In this document: piece by piece, positions 21,122 to 30,610 of the stretch
How positions within the stretch are numbered: position 1 is the first letter of the stretch
Layout: each line of letters starts with the position of its first letter
Source: Ignavibacteria bacterium
Lineage (GTDB): Bacteria > Bacteroidota > Ignavibacteria > Tepidaquicellales > Tepidaquicellaceae
DNA: 64,000 bases
Direction: 5' to 3'
NCBI GenBank assembly: GCA_026417495.1
Contig: JAOADD010000017.1
Span: 17,911-81,910, forward strand
The notes under the pieces: generated by a model
The model's input: the letters and a program-made list of their open reading frames with translations, nothing else
What the model was told of the DNA's origin: nothing
The model's database searches: none
Program-made: the position numbers and the translations under genes

Positions 21122-22065
21122 AGAACATTCTGTTGAATTTCTTTCATACATTTAAAATGTTTTTTGGGACATTTTTCTAGACCATGTCTAGAGCAAGGTC
21201 TACACTTTAGATTTTCATTTTCAAAAATTACAGTTGTAGGTAATTGTGGATAAAAACCAAATTCTTTAACTGTTGAACCGAAAAAAGCATAAACCTTTTT
21301 CCCTAATAATTCTGCAAGATGTAAAACCCCACTATCATTACAAATTATATAATCTGCATTATAAATTAAATTTGCAAGTTCTATAAAATTAGTCTTATTA
21401 CACAAATTTATTGTGTTTTCACAACTTTTACTTATCATATTGCAAATATCAATATCTCTTTGAGAATTATCGCCAACTAAAACATACTTATTACTTTCAT
21501 TCTTTTTTATAATGTTGATAAAGTTTTCCGTTGGATATGTTTTCGTATAATGCTTGGAACTTGGAGCTAAAAGAATATAGTTAAAGTTAAAACGTGGATT
21601 CCTGTCAAAATTTAAATCTACTTTATGATATGAGAAATCAAGATTCTCAACTAAACCTTTTAAAGTTAATAAATACTTTTTGTATACAGGTATGACTTTT
21701 TTAAACAAATTAATCTTAAACTTTATTAAGAGAAACTTTTTAAAATTTTCTTTCTTGTATCGTATTTTTTTACCTTTCAACTTAAATGTTAATGCAATAC
21801 TTCTATAATTTTTTTGTAAATCAAAAATGTAGTCAAAATTTTCTTTTTTAATTAAATTTTTTATCTCAAAAAAATTATTATCGTATAAGATAATTCTATC
21901 AACTTCATGGCTTAGTTCAACTAGATTTCCATATACTGATTTCGTAAGGAAATATATCTTGCTGTTCGGAAATTTTTGTTTTAACTGTTTTAAAAAAGGA
22001 AATGTAAGTACTATATCACCGAAACTTGAAAGTCGAATTACAAGTATTCTATTTTCTATGGACAT
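21118..22065 (-). CDS. glycosyltransferase family 9 (heptosyltransferase-like)
   Basis: N-terminal LSSFGDIVLTFPFLKQLKQKFP and a C-terminal Cys-rich end are typical of GT9 LPS-core transferases. Confidence 0.75.
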   Translation of the reverse strand: MSIENRILVIRLSSFGDIVLTFPFLKQLKQKFPNSKIYFLTKSVYGNLVELSHEVDRIILYDNNFFEIKNLIKKENFDYIFDLQKNYRSIALTFKLKGKKIRYKKENFKKFLLIKFKINLFKKVIPVYKKYLLTLKGLVENLDFSYHKVDLNFDRNPRFNFNYILLAPSSKHYTKTYPTENFINIIKKNESNKYVLVGDNSQRDIDICNMISKSCENTINLCNKTNFIELANLIYNADYIICNDSGVLHLAELLGKKVYAFFGSTVKEFGFYPQLPTTVIFENENLKCRPCSRHGLEKCPKKHFKCMKEIQQNVL

Positions 22066-22067
22066 AA

Positions 22068-23720
22068 TTAACCTTTGAATGAAAGCATTATGAGCTGATG
22101 CTCTCTTAAATGTAAGTTAATATTTTCTTTGAGATATTGAATTAAGTTTAAACTATATTTATTTAGAAAATATAATATATTTATATAGCGTTCCTGAAGA
22201 TAATTAGAAGGATACACAAAAGATATTATTTCTTTTAATTTGTTTATAGTTTGTTGGTTGTTCTTAATCAATGCTTCATTTGCTTTTGTTTTTACTATAT
22301 CAAGATTGTTAATAAATTTATCTACTTTATTTTTAAAATATGTTTCAAGATTTTTATCAATAATTCTCAACTTTTCCGATGCTTCATAAGTTAAGGTATT
22401 TAGTCCATCTTTAAATGATGAGAATATTTCATCTAAATCAATCGAGTTTAATTTGCTTAAAGACTTCTGAATTACTAATGATTCACTAAATAATTCCTCA
22501 AAATTTAAGTCATTTTTAAGTAAAAAATTATTAACATTCAACTCAATCATTGTTATAGAAGTTCTCGGAAAAATTACAGGCATATAGTTATTATAAAATT
22601 CATATACACCTTTTAACTGTGCAAAATATGCAATTTCTGATGGCCCTGCAATATATGATACAGTAGGTAATAAATAATCTTGACAAATAGGTCTTAATAC
22701 AACATTAGGGCTAAAGTTATCTGAGCTTTCATATAATTTATTAAATAGTTCATTGTCCGAAAATTTTATCTTTGTATTTTTTAAGCCAAAGAATTTATTC
22801 TGTTTCGGTTCTATCAAATGCCTGTTCCCATTATGTTTGTAAAAAAGATTTATAGGTTTTGGCTTTATTTGTGCTTCAAAATTCTGTTCTAGCTTTTCCG
22901 TTGTATCAATAACGATTTCACAACTTTGGGGATATGTATTCAACTCTTTTAAAAATATAGGGATCAATAATTTTTTTATTTCTAAATCAGTTGGGTCTAA
23001 TAAAATTAAACCAATATCACCAAGTATGTAATTGATAAATCTTCCAAATGATAATTTAAAGTTCAGTCCTGGTTTATAACACTTAGTAGTAATTAATTTT
23101 AGGTTGTCTGTGAATTCAGTTTTTCTTAAACTGTCAAATAGAACTTCTATTGTATCATTAATGCTTTCCTCAAATTCTATATCTCCTACTGGTTTATAAT
23201 TTTTGTCTTTTAATATGTTGCTCGATATATACTCAATCGTATGTAATTTATTATTTTTATCAATAATATTAATATGATTTACCTCAGAAAAATCGTGGTC
23301 ATCACCTTCCATCCAAAATATAGGTACGAAATTATAATTACTAAATCTATCATTCAGATATTCGCATAGCATAACGGCATTCAAAGCCTTTATTACAGTA
23401 TAATAATTTCCTGTAAATAGTCCCAGTTGTTGCCCTGTAACAATAGCAAAAGTATTTTCACTTTTCAATTTCTCTAAATTAACAAATGTCTTCTCAAAAG
23501 AATTAAATGCCTTATTTTGATTAGTGAGTATTTTCACGATGTCATTTCTATCAAATGTGCCATCCATTAAATATTTGGATTTCCTAATCATTATTGACTC
23601 CAAAAAAGATTCATCATTATTATAATCAAAACAATAAAAGTCTGAGAGGGACTTGAAGTTATCAATATATTCAATAAACAATTGATTATAACCAGGTAAT
23701 TTGCTGAATGGAACCGACAT
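22068..23720 (-). CDS. bshC: bacillithiol biosynthesis cysteine-adding enzyme BshC
   Basis: 550 aa. The signature VTGQQLGLFTG resembles the BshC/YllA motif TGQQ.GL..GP. Confidence 0.72.
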   Translation of the reverse strand: MSVPFSKLPGYNQLFIEYIDNFKSLSDFYCFDYNNDESFLESIMIRKSKYLMDGTFDRNDIVKILTNQNKAFNSFEKTFVNLEKLKSENTFAIVTGQQLGLFTGNYYTVIKALNAVMLCEYLNDRFSNYNFVPIFWMEGDDHDFSEVNHINIIDKNNKLHTIEYISSNILKDKNYKPVGDIEFEESINDTIEVLFDSLRKTEFTDNLKLITTKCYKPGLNFKLSFGRFINYILGDIGLILLDPTDLEIKKLLIPIFLKELNTYPQSCEIVIDTTEKLEQNFEAQIKPKPINLFYKHNGNRHLIEPKQNKFFGLKNTKIKFSDNELFNKLYESSDNFSPNVVLRPICQDYLLPTVSYIAGPSEIAYFAQLKGVYEFYNNYMPVIFPRTSITMIELNVNNFLLKNDLNFEELFSESLVIQKSLSKLNSIDLDEIFSSFKDGLNTLTYEASEKLRIIDKNLETYFKNKVDKFINNLDIVKTKANEALIKNNQQTINKLKEIISFVYPSNYLQERYINILYFLNKYSLNLIQYLKENINLHLREHQLIMLSFKG

Positions 23721-23975
23721 TGAATCTTATTTTCAGTTAAAACAAAATTGCTAAAAATATATAAAAAATAAACTCATAAAAATCTAAATGAACAGTAAAT
23801 TATATTCATATATATTTTGTTTAAAATGTCAATATATACCCTTGAATTACAATTCCTATGGAATGGAAGGATATATTTCAGTTTTATTAAAGATGAATTA
23901 TTAATTTTTAGGTAATTATTTCTTAACATTAAAATATAATTAAATTATGAATTTTATCTTGAAAAAATAGCATAA

Positions 23976-25598
23976 ATGAGAAATCGCAAAAACATATTAA
24001 TTTATACAATAATAACAATAATAATTATTTTTATCCCATCAATATTATTGATAAGTAAAATAAATGAACAAAATTTAAGAAACAAACCCAAATCTTTTAA
24101 ATTCCCAAAGAACATAATTTTTATGATTAGCGATGGAATGGGCTTTAATACGATGACTGCAACTGATTTTTACCAGAATGGTGATACTAATTTGCAAAAA
24201 TATCAATCATTTCCTGTTAAGTATGCAATGTGCACTTACCCTTTGCTTAGTGGAAGTTATCCAGATAATCTAAAGTGGAATAATGGTTATAGCCCACAAG
24301 AAATGTGGACGAATTTTAATTATGCATTGTCAAATTACACCGAATCTGGTGCTGCTTCTACCGCAATGGCGACAGGTATAAAAACATATAACAATGCTAT
24401 AGGAAAAGATGTAAATCATAATGACCTTATTAATTTAACTCAAATTGCCAAAATGATAAAAAAATCTGCAGGAGTGGTGACTTCTGTTCAATGGTCTCAT
24501 GCAACCCCTGCAGGATTTGTTGCCCACAATTTAACAAGAAAGAATTATAGTGAAATTGCTTACGAAATGTTACTTGAGACTAAATTAGATGTAATAATGG
24601 GTTGTGGAAATCCAGATTTCGATAATAATGGATTACCCGCTAATAATTCACATAAATATGTTGGTGATAGTTTCATATGGTCAAGTTTGAAAAATGGTGA
24701 TTCAATATTTTATCTTGCAGGAGGAAAAGCTGATACAGTAGAGGATTGTAACGATGATGGTATAAGGGATCCATGGACTCTAATTCAGGATAGAAGTGAA
24801 TTCCAAAATTTAATTAATGGGAACACACCACAAAGGGTTTTAGGAGTTCCAAAGGTATTTGAAACTTTACAACAGATGCGTTCTGGTGATTCAAATGCAA
24901 ATCCATACGAAATACCCTTTATATCTACAGTTCCTACATTAGTAGAAATGTCATTGAGTGCTCTGAACATTCTTGATAATAATCCAAATGGATTCTTTTT
25001 AATGATAGAAGGAGGTGCGATTGATTGGGCTGCGCATTCTAATCAAAAAGGAAGATTAATTGAAGAGCAAATAGAATTTAATAAAACAGTAGATGCTGTA
25101 ATTAAATGGATTGAGAATAATAGTAGCTGGGAAGAAACTTTACTAATAGTAACCAGTGACCATGAATGTGGTTATTTATGGGGACCAGGTTCTGGAGTAC
25201 CTAATAAATATAATCCAATAATTAATAATGGAAAAAGCACACTTCCTGATATGAAATTCTATTCTGATGAACATACAAACAGTTTAGTTCCCTTTTTTTC
25301 AAAAGGAATTGGGTCTGAGATTTTTCATGTATTTGCTGACGAATCAGATCCAATAAGAGGAAAATATATACAAAATTCAGAAATTGCTCAGGGAATCATA
25401 TTACTTCTGGATAGAAGTCTTAACTTAAAATTCAATAATTTTTATGGAGTGAACCTATTCGAAGAACCATCAGTTATTTGTAAACCTAATAATTTTATAA
25501 ACAAGACGAATAATTTTTCAATCTTATCAAAAAAAGACATAAGCGAATCTCAAAAATATTTGAAATTATTGCTTAAACTCTCAACACTATTAAAATAA
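23976..25598 (+). CDS. alkaline phosphatase (PhoA family), secreted or membrane-anchored
   Basis: N-terminal TM or signal peptide. Motifs MISDGMGFN, TESGAASTAMATG (nucleophile region), IEGGAIDWAAH and TSDHECG. Confidence 0.85.
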   Translation: MRNRKNILIYTIITIIIIFIPSILLISKINEQNLRNKPKSFKFPKNIIFMISDGMGFNTMTATDFYQNGDTNLQKYQSFPVKYAMCTYPLLSGSYPDNLKWNNGYSPQEMWTNFNYALSNYTESGAASTAMATGIKTYNNAIGKDVNHNDLINLTQIAKMIKKSAGVVTSVQWSHATPAGFVAHNLTRKNYSEIAYEMLLETKLDVIMGCGNPDFDNNGLPANNSHKYVGDSFIWSSLKNGDSIFYLAGGKADTVEDCNDDGIRDPWTLIQDRSEFQNLINGNTPQRVLGVPKVFETLQQMRSGDSNANPYEIPFISTVPTLVEMSLSALNILDNNPNGFFLMIEGGAIDWAAHSNQKGRLIEEQIEFNKTVDAVIKWIENNSSWEETLLIVTSDHECGYLWGPGSGVPNKYNPIINNGKSTLPDMKFYSDEHTNSLVPFFSKGIGSEIFHVFADESDPIRGKYIQNSEIAQGIILLLDRSLNLKFNNFYGVNLFEEPSVICKPNNFINKTNNFSILSKKDISESQKYLKLLLKLSTLLK

Positions 25599-25708
25599 GT
25601 GAAAATAAAATCAAGAAAAAAATAATTATACTCATAGTAGATTAAAATGTTTTTTAGGTTTCAAACTTATCATCATTTGGATAAAAAAAATAAAATTTAT
25701 CAAAATAT

Positions 25709-26452
25709 ATGATTATCACAGATACAATTATCATTTCAGACATACATCTGGGCTCAGATGTATCAAGAGCTAAAGAACTTAAGGAACTTCTTAAAAATTT
25801 CAGATTCAAACGTTTAATTTTGCTTGGTGATATTTTCGACGATTTAAATTTTAGAAGATTAAAAAGAAGTCATTGGAAATTTCTTTCATATATAAGAAAT
25901 CTATCTAATCCTAAAAACAATATCAGTGTTATATGGGTAGAAGGTAATCACGATACTGGATTATCTAAAATTACCTCACATTTTTTAGGAATAAAAGTAT
26001 ACAAAGAATATAGATGGAATATAGCAGGGAAAAAATTCTTAGCAATTCATGGTCATCAGTTTGACAGGTTCTTAAATGAAAATGTAATTATTAGTAACAT
26101 TGCTTCCTTTATTTACAATACAATACAAAAATTTGGAAGTGATAAACAAACACTTGCAAGATGGATTAAAGGCAAAAGTAAAGGATGGTTGAGACTATCG
26201 AAAACAATAGCTCACAGTGCAGTTATTTATGGAAAAAGAAAAAATGTAGATGTGGTTATTTGTGCTCATACTCACCAAGCTATGCATATTAACTTTCCAC
26301 AAACAGGTATAAGCTATTATAATACTGGTTGCTGGACAGATATTCCCTCCTCATTAATAAAAATAGATAGTTATGGGAAAGTTGAAATAGTATCAGAATA
26401 TGATATAATGTTACAAGAATCGAAAGAACTTTTTCAAAAAAACGCTGTGTAA
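25709..26452 (+). CDS. calcineurin-like metallophosphoesterase (LpxH-like, COG2908-type)
   Basis: Ordered motifs SDIHLG, LGDIFD, EGNHD, IHGHQFD and CAHTH. Confidence 0.75.
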   Translation: MIITDTIIISDIHLGSDVSRAKELKELLKNFRFKRLILLGDIFDDLNFRRLKRSHWKFLSYIRNLSNPKNNISVIWVEGNHDTGLSKITSHFLGIKVYKEYRWNIAGKKFLAIHGHQFDRFLNENVIISNIASFIYNTIQKFGSDKQTLARWIKGKSKGWLRLSKTIAHSAVIYGKRKNVDVVICAHTHQAMHINFPQTGISYYNTGCWTDIPSSLIKIDSYGKVEIVSEYDIMLQESKELFQKNAV

Positions 26453-26756
26453 CAAATCTACAACTCAAGATTTTACATTTTCGGAAAATCACTTAATAAA
26501 AGGGAGTATTAGTGAATAGTATTTATTATAATTATCCTATTTTTATAAGTAAAGATTTAGGTCTTAATATATGACTGAAAACCGAAGTGAAACTTTATCC
26601 TATACACTAGAATAATAGTATCATTATTTTAAAAAAAGTTAAAAGTAGAACAAACTTCACTTATTTTACAGGGCTTTATCAAAATAAATATTTTTCCAAG
26701 TATTGATTTTTTAAAATAAATATTTTAAATTATACTATAATTAATTATGGTATATT

Positions 26757-27011
26757 ATGGAAACCCAAATATTACAACCTGTTGAAGTTATTGCATACTT
26801 TCACAATTTGAAATTGGAAATAATAAAGTTTAAATGGAAAAACACTATTTACAATGTCAGTCAGCTAGTTTCAAAGTGGAAGGTCTTATCGGGGAATAAT
26901 TTTGAATATCATTTCACTGTTATTTGTAAGGAACAGGGTGTTATATGTGAACTCTCATATAACCTTAATGATTTTAAATGGGAACTTGTCCAATTAGATA
27001 ATTTAGAGTAA
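26757..27011 (+). CDS. hypothetical small protein (84 aa)
   Basis: ATG-initiated ORF in a long AT-rich gap. The pattern F.W....Y.V......W and the ending W.L..LD suggest a small beta-rich domain. I cannot name a family with confidence. Confidence 0.45.
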   Translation: METQILQPVEVIAYFHNLKLEIIKFKWKNTIYNVSQLVSKWKVLSGNNFEYHFTVICKEQGVICELSYNLNDFKWELVQLDNLE

Positions 27012-27020
27012 ATATTCTTT

Positions 27021-27041
27021 AAAGCTTTCTAAAAGCTTTTT
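27021..27041. terminator. weak AT-rich hairpin between convergent genes
   Basis: aaagcttt (27021-27028) pairs with aaagcttt (27032-27039) across a 3-nt loop, followed by tt. The stem has only two G:C pairs. Confidence 0.3.
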
Positions 27042-27068
27042 GAAAATATTATTAAGAGGTATGTAGCT

Positions 27069-27614
27069 TTATGGTAGAAATACAGCAGCAGCAATTACGG
27101 TAGTCCATAATCCATTTCTATCGCCTTCAGCTGACTGAGTGTAATTAAATGTTTTGAAAATTTTACCACTCTGCTTATACACATTTTCTCTTTCGTTCCA
27201 AGCAGTTTCGGGGTCAAATTCTATTCCTAATGTTGTAGCTAACATTGTAGCTGCTAAATCTTCTGCATATTCTCCCGCAACTTTTTCTGTTTGCCCATAA
27301 GTATGGTGCTCTGAAATGTATCCATAATGACTTTCATCAGATGGAAGAGCAACCCCAATAGAACTAACAATTAATCTGTTAGGTTCATTAGTAGAATTCT
27401 TTGCCATAACGCAGAAAGTTATTTGACCTGGTTCAAGCATAGCAATTCCCTGCTCTCTCGGAATTCTTTTACACCCTGGAGGATAAATACTTGATACAAG
27501 AACCAGATTACAGATTTCTATTCCAGCATGCCTTAATGCTAGCTCAAAAGATTGGAGTTTTTCTTTATGCCTTCCAACCCCTTTTGTGAAAAAAATTTTC
27601 GTCGGCTTATACAA
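27069..27614 (-). CDS. pdaD: pyruvoyl-dependent arginine decarboxylase
   Basis: TTG start preceded by AGGAGG. N-terminus [27 protein letters not shown] with the self-processing Ser-Ser site in [11 protein letters not shown]. Confidence 0.85.
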   Translation of the reverse strand: MYKPTKIFFTKGVGRHKEKLQSFELALRHAGIEICNLVLVSSIYPPGCKRIPREQGIAMLEPGQITFCVMAKNSTNEPNRLIVSSIGVALPSDESHYGYISEHHTYGQTEKVAGEYAEDLAATMLATTLGIEFDPETAWNERENVYKQSGKIFKTFNYTQSAEGDRNGLWTTVIAAAVFLP

Positions 27615-27619
27615 CTATA

Positions 27620-27625
27620 CCTCCT
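27620..27625 (-). promoter_or_regulatory. Shine-Dalgarno (AGGAGG) of pdaD
   Basis: Plus-strand cctcct is AGGAGG on the minus strand, 5 nt upstream of the TTG at 27614. Confidence 0.6.
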
Positions 27626-27684
27626 TTCTCAATAAATTTTAAAAAAACTGTTTCAAAAGTATAATAAAAAATTTTAATATTAAA

Positions 27685-28896
27685 CTAAATAATTTTTACT
27701 TTAAGAAACTTTTTCTTGCCAGCTTTTATTATAAATTCTTTTTTTCCACTTAATTGATAACTTACATCTGCGATCTTTTCTCCATCTATTGTTACTCCTC
27801 CCTGTTCAATCAATCTACGTGCTGCACTTTTAGATTCAACAGATTTTGAATTAACAAGTATATCGATTAATTTATTATTACTTGAATTAGTAATAAACTC
27901 GGGGATTTCATCAGGTAATCCTTTTTTTGAAAATACCCTTTCAAATTCCTCTTCTGATTTTTTTGCCTCTTCTTCACTATAATACAATTTAACAAGCTCA
28001 AATGCTAATTTCTTCTTAACATCTCTTGGGTTAGTAGTTGGATTAGAAAGTTGCTGTTTAATTTCATCGAGTTCTTTCTTGGATTTTCTTGTCCCAAGTT
28101 CAAAATATTTATATATCAAATTATCAGGAATGCTCATTGCTTTTCCATATATCTCTTTTGGTGGTTCACAAATTCCTATTGCATTACCAAGTGATTTGCT
28201 CATCTTTTCACTTCCATCAGTTCCCTCTAGAAGTGGCATTAATAGAACAACCTGTGGTTCTTTACCAAATTTTCTTTGCATATCTCTACCAATAAGATTA
28301 TTAAACTTTTGGTCTGTTCCTCCAAGCTCAACATCTGAATTAATAACCAATGAATCATATCCCTGCATAATTGGATATAGTAGTTCTTGCATTGATATTT
28401 CAATTTCTTCCTGTAATCTATTTCTAAAATCATCTCTCTCAAGTATTCTCTGGACTGTAAATTTGCTTTGTATATTCAGTAAATCTGCTAAAGTTAATTT
28501 ACTTAGCCATTCAGAATTATATCTTATTTCAATATTTTTTGTATCTAATATTTTAGTCGCTTGTTCAAAATAAGTTTTACCGTATTCTCGCGTTTCTTCA
28601 AAACTAAGTTGTGGTCTTGTTTTTTTCTTACCTGAGGGGTCACCAATCATTGCCGTATAATCACCTATTATTAATATGGCTTTATGTCCAAAGTCCTGAA
28701 ACTCTCTTAATTTATTTAATACAACAGCATGCCCTATATGTAAATCAGGTTTTGACGGATCACATCCTAATTTTATGTTCAATGGTTGTTTTGTTTTTAT
28801 TGATTTTTCTATTTTATAAACAAGCTCATCTTCAGGTATAATTTCTGCAACTCCCCTTTTAAATGTGTCCATCTGTTCATTTAATGTTCCTCTCAT
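27685..28896 (-). CDS. tyrS: tyrosine--tRNA ligase
   Basis: HIGH motif (DLHIGHAV), KMSKS motif, and a C-terminal S4-like domain (SKSAARRLIEQGGVTIDGEK). Confidence 0.93.
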   Translation of the reverse strand: MRGTLNEQMDTFKRGVAEIIPEDELVYKIEKSIKTKQPLNIKLGCDPSKPDLHIGHAVVLNKLREFQDFGHKAILIIGDYTAMIGDPSGKKKTRPQLSFEETREYGKTYFEQATKILDTKNIEIRYNSEWLSKLTLADLLNIQSKFTVQRILERDDFRNRLQEEIEISMQELLYPIMQGYDSLVINSDVELGGTDQKFNNLIGRDMQRKFGKEPQVVLLMPLLEGTDGSEKMSKSLGNAIGICEPPKEIYGKAMSIPDNLIYKYFELGTRKSKKELDEIKQQLSNPTTNPRDVKKKLAFELVKLYYSEEEAKKSEEEFERVFSKKGLPDEIPEFITNSSNNKLIDILVNSKSVESKSAARRLIEQGGVTIDGEKIADVSYQLSGKKEFIIKAGKKKFLKVKII

Positions 28897-28898
28897 TT

Positions 28899-29348
28899 TT
28901 ATATCCTTTTTAGTTTTCTTTCAATTTCTCTTTTTTTAATTGTTTCTCTTTTATCATACATTTTCTTACCTCTTGCTAGAGCAATCTCTACTTTAGCGTA
29001 GGAATTCTTAAAATATATTTTCGTCGGTATCAATGTTAATCCTTTCTCCTGAAGTTTGGACTTTATTTTCCTTAACTCACGTCGATTTAATAATAATTTC
29101 CTTGGTCTTAAAGGATCATGGTTATTTATGTTACCATATTTATATTCTGAAATATGCGAATTGACAAGCCACAATTCATCATTTATAAATTTACCATAAG
29201 CATCTTGAATATTTACTTTCGATTCTCTAAGAGACTTAACCTCTGTTCCTAATAAAACTAAACCAGCTTCATATTTTTCAATAATTTCATATTGAAATTT
29301 TGCTTTTCTATTAGTACCAACTATTTTGATTTTATCTGTCTTCTCCAA
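28899..29348 (-). CDS. smpB: SsrA-binding protein SmpB
   Basis: NRKAKFQYEIIEKYEAGLVLLGTEVKSLR...LLLNRRELRKI is the canonical SmpB signature. Confidence 0.93.
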   Translation of the reverse strand: MEKTDKIKIVGTNRKAKFQYEIIEKYEAGLVLLGTEVKSLRESKVNIQDAYGKFINDELWLVNSHISEYKYGNINNHDPLRPRKLLLNRRELRKIKSKLQEKGLTLIPTKIYFKNSYAKVEIALARGKKMYDKRETIKKREIERKLKRI

Positions 29349-29401
29349 TTCTTATTTTGCAAAGTTATTATTATTTGAATGTAAAATCAATTTATATATT
29401 T

Positions 29402-30043
29402 ATGCAAGTAAAAACTTTTGTTGTAAATCATTATGAAGTTAATTCTTATTTATATTACGATGAAGACTTAAAAGAAGGAATTATTATTGACCCAGGATTT
29501 TATTTTGATGATGAAAAAGAAAAGATATTTCAATACATTGTTGATAAGAAATTAACAATAAAAAATATAATAAATACTCATGGACATCTTGACCATATAG
29601 TTGGGAATAGTTATTGTAAGAAGGTTTTCGGTTCTTCGATTTATTTGAACAAGAATGATTGGTTCCTTAGAGATAATGTTCTTGATTATGCTGAAACCTT
29701 TGGTTTTCAATTGAAAGCATTACCTGATATCGATTATGATTTAAATCAAAATAATAAGTTTATAATAGGAAATAATGAAATTATAATTTTACATACTCCT
29801 GGACACTCACCAGGTAGTGTTTGTTTGATAAGTCATAAAGATAAATTCATTTTTTCGGGTGATTTAATATTTAAAAACTCAATTGGTAGAACAGATTTAC
29901 CAGGTGGTAGTTTTGATATTATTATAAATTCAATTAAAAATATTTTGTTTAAAAATTGTGGTGATGAATACCTGATTTTCCCTGGGCACGGAGAGAAAAC
30001 ATCAGTTTTATTCGAGAAAGAAAATAACCAATTTTTGATTTAA
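29402..30043 (+). CDS. MBL-fold metallo-hydrolase (glyoxalase II-like)
   Basis: THGHLDH motif and HTPGHSPGS. I use the ATG at 29402 (MQVKTFVVN...) rather than the upstream TTG at 29357. Confidence 0.8.
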   Translation: MQVKTFVVNHYEVNSYLYYDEDLKEGIIIDPGFYFDDEKEKIFQYIVDKKLTIKNIINTHGHLDHIVGNSYCKKVFGSSIYLNKNDWFLRDNVLDYAETFGFQLKALPDIDYDLNQNNKFIIGNNEIIILHTPGHSPGSVCLISHKDKFIFSGDLIFKNSIGRTDLPGGSFDIIINSIKNILFKNCGDEYLIFPGHGEKTSVLFEKENNQFLI

Positions 30044-30606
30044 TCTTTTATTAGTGACTTCTTTACAGGGACGAAACTCTCTGCGATTTTTTTTAATACA
30101 CTCTCAAGAGAATCATTGTAAAATTTGCATGAGACTTTAACATCTATTAAATATGTAAAATTATATATATGTGTATCATCTTTCGTTCTTAAATAATATA
30201 CCAGATGATAAAACTCGTCATTTTTATATCTACCGATTTTTGCATCATAATAAACTGAATCAAATTCTTCATAATCTCCAATCCTATCAGGTAGATTCAA
30301 AAATGTAATTTCTTTTTCCATATTATAAACAAAGTCGGATAGCTTCTTTATTTCTTCCCATTTAAATGCTAAAATAGATATATATATAGTATCCAGCTTA
30401 ATTGTAGCATCGGGAATTTTCATAGAAATCTTATAAACAATAGAAATTTTATTACTCGATTCAATTATTTCAATAATACGAAATTCGTCTTCGGTTTCAA
30501 AGTAAAATTGATAATCATTATTGACAATACTTTTCGATTGTGAGAAGGCAACTTTTGGAATAATAAACGACAATATTATTAATAATACTCCGATGATATT
30601 TTTCAT
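30040..30606 (-). CDS. secreted hypothetical protein
   Basis: Signal peptide MKNIIGVLLIILSFIIPKVAFSQ from the Met at 30606. It lies 4 nt downstream of the M48 peptidase gene. Confidence 0.5.
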   Translation of the reverse strand: MKNIIGVLLIILSFIIPKVAFSQSKSIVNNDYQFYFETEDEFRIIEIIESSNKISIVYKISMKIPDATIKLDTIYISILAFKWEEIKKLSDFVYNMEKEITFLNLPDRIGDYEEFDSVYYDAKIGRYKNDEFYHLVYYLRTKDDTHIYNFTYLIDVKVSCKFYNDSLESVLKKIAESFVPVKKSLIKD

Positions 30607-30610
30607 AACA

